Source of the DNA: Glaucostegus cemiculus
Taxonomy: Eukaryota
Assembly (NCBI GenBank): GCA_976551045.1
Contig: CDPCPM010000049.1
Span: 1,798,001-1,862,000 of the forward strand
Length of the DNA: 64,000 bases
Reading direction: 5' to 3'
The notes beneath the pieces are model-generated. The model did no database searches. It had not been told where the DNA came from and saw only the letters and a list, made by a program, of their open reading frames with translations. Shown here in pieces: positions 63,216 through 64,000 of the stretch. The translations under genes were made by a program, and so were the position numbers. Position 1 is the stretch's first letter; each line of letters opens with the position of its first letter.

Positions 63216-64000
63216 CTCCACCCACTGCTCTGAACCTGTTTTTGCAACAGTTAATTAACTTTGTCTGCTCAGATATATTTAAGGTATGTTGGCCTGTGTG
63301 ATAGATTTGAAGAGAACAATTACATTTGGGTACTGTAGAAGGATAACAGGCTCAAAGACAATGATACCAAGGCCCACAGTGAAGTGTGTACAGGATCTTT
63401 GACTGCCTTCAAAAGAAACCAAATATCAATTCCTCCCACTGGAAAGTGATGGAAACCAAATGTAATTTGGAAGGAAGGCAAACGTGTCCTTGGGTAGTTT
63501 CAATGGTTATTCCGTGCTTATAATAGGCAATCATTTGAGGAGCAAATGCTCCCAGATGTTAATGTTCTGCCTCAGCTTTTTGCCTATCATAAATTGAACT
63601 GAAGCAGAAATAGGTTTGTCTGGAAATAAAGTTGTGTAAGAGTCATTAACTTGCTAAAATGCTGGCTAAATATTTTTTCAGTTCTAAGGAAAAGAAAATG
63701 GACTACTACTTGCTTCTTATGATGTTTCTATACTTGGGTCACAGGTCACTTAAAACACAGGGTGGGTCACTTGGCTCCTGTACAGCACAGCTGGACAGGC
63801 ACAACAAGGAATCCAAGAGGAATTTCCGTTGGCTTTTGTATTATTAGCATTTTTATGCATTGTTAAAATTGGGGAAGGTCTAGAATGCTGTTTGCATTTT
63901 GATGCATTTGTTTCAGAACTGAGGTAGTGTTTGTGAATCCAGTTTCTAATTACCTGAAGCATTGTGTTGTTCATGTTTTTCTACTTAGTGTAAAATGTAA

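Overview
This is repeat-rich vertebrate genomic DNA, not prokaryotic. The repeat content (CR1/HER1-type LINEs, HE1-like V-SINEs, Deu-domain SINEs, Rex1/Babar LINEs, Penelope-type hairpin ends, decayed Harbinger pieces) points to a cartilaginous fish, probably a ray, skate or shark (inference). The only long protein-like ORFs are CR1 reverse-transcriptase remnants at 3.1-4.3, 52.9-54.4 and 57.4-58.7 kb; most other ORF calls are noise. One probable host exon lies at 27693-27775 (+). It has a strong acceptor and encodes a GPI-signal-like C-terminus ending LEL*, resembling the last exon of contactin-1/2. If correct, about 1-27.7 kb is a terminal intron and the rest is 3'UTR/intergenic. The most notable observations are: (i) a dispersed Penelope-type fold-back element family with minimal type-I hammerhead-ribozyme-like cores, some copies with clear TSDs; (ii) V-SINEs with one head but two tails (CR1-like vs Rex/Babar-like); (iii) a twice-present chimera joining a unique 5' segment to a CR1 RT C-terminus; (iv) a solo LTR with a 5-bp TSD; (v) several nested insertions. 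Family assignments come from recalled motifs, not database searches, and boundaries of decayed repeats are approximate.
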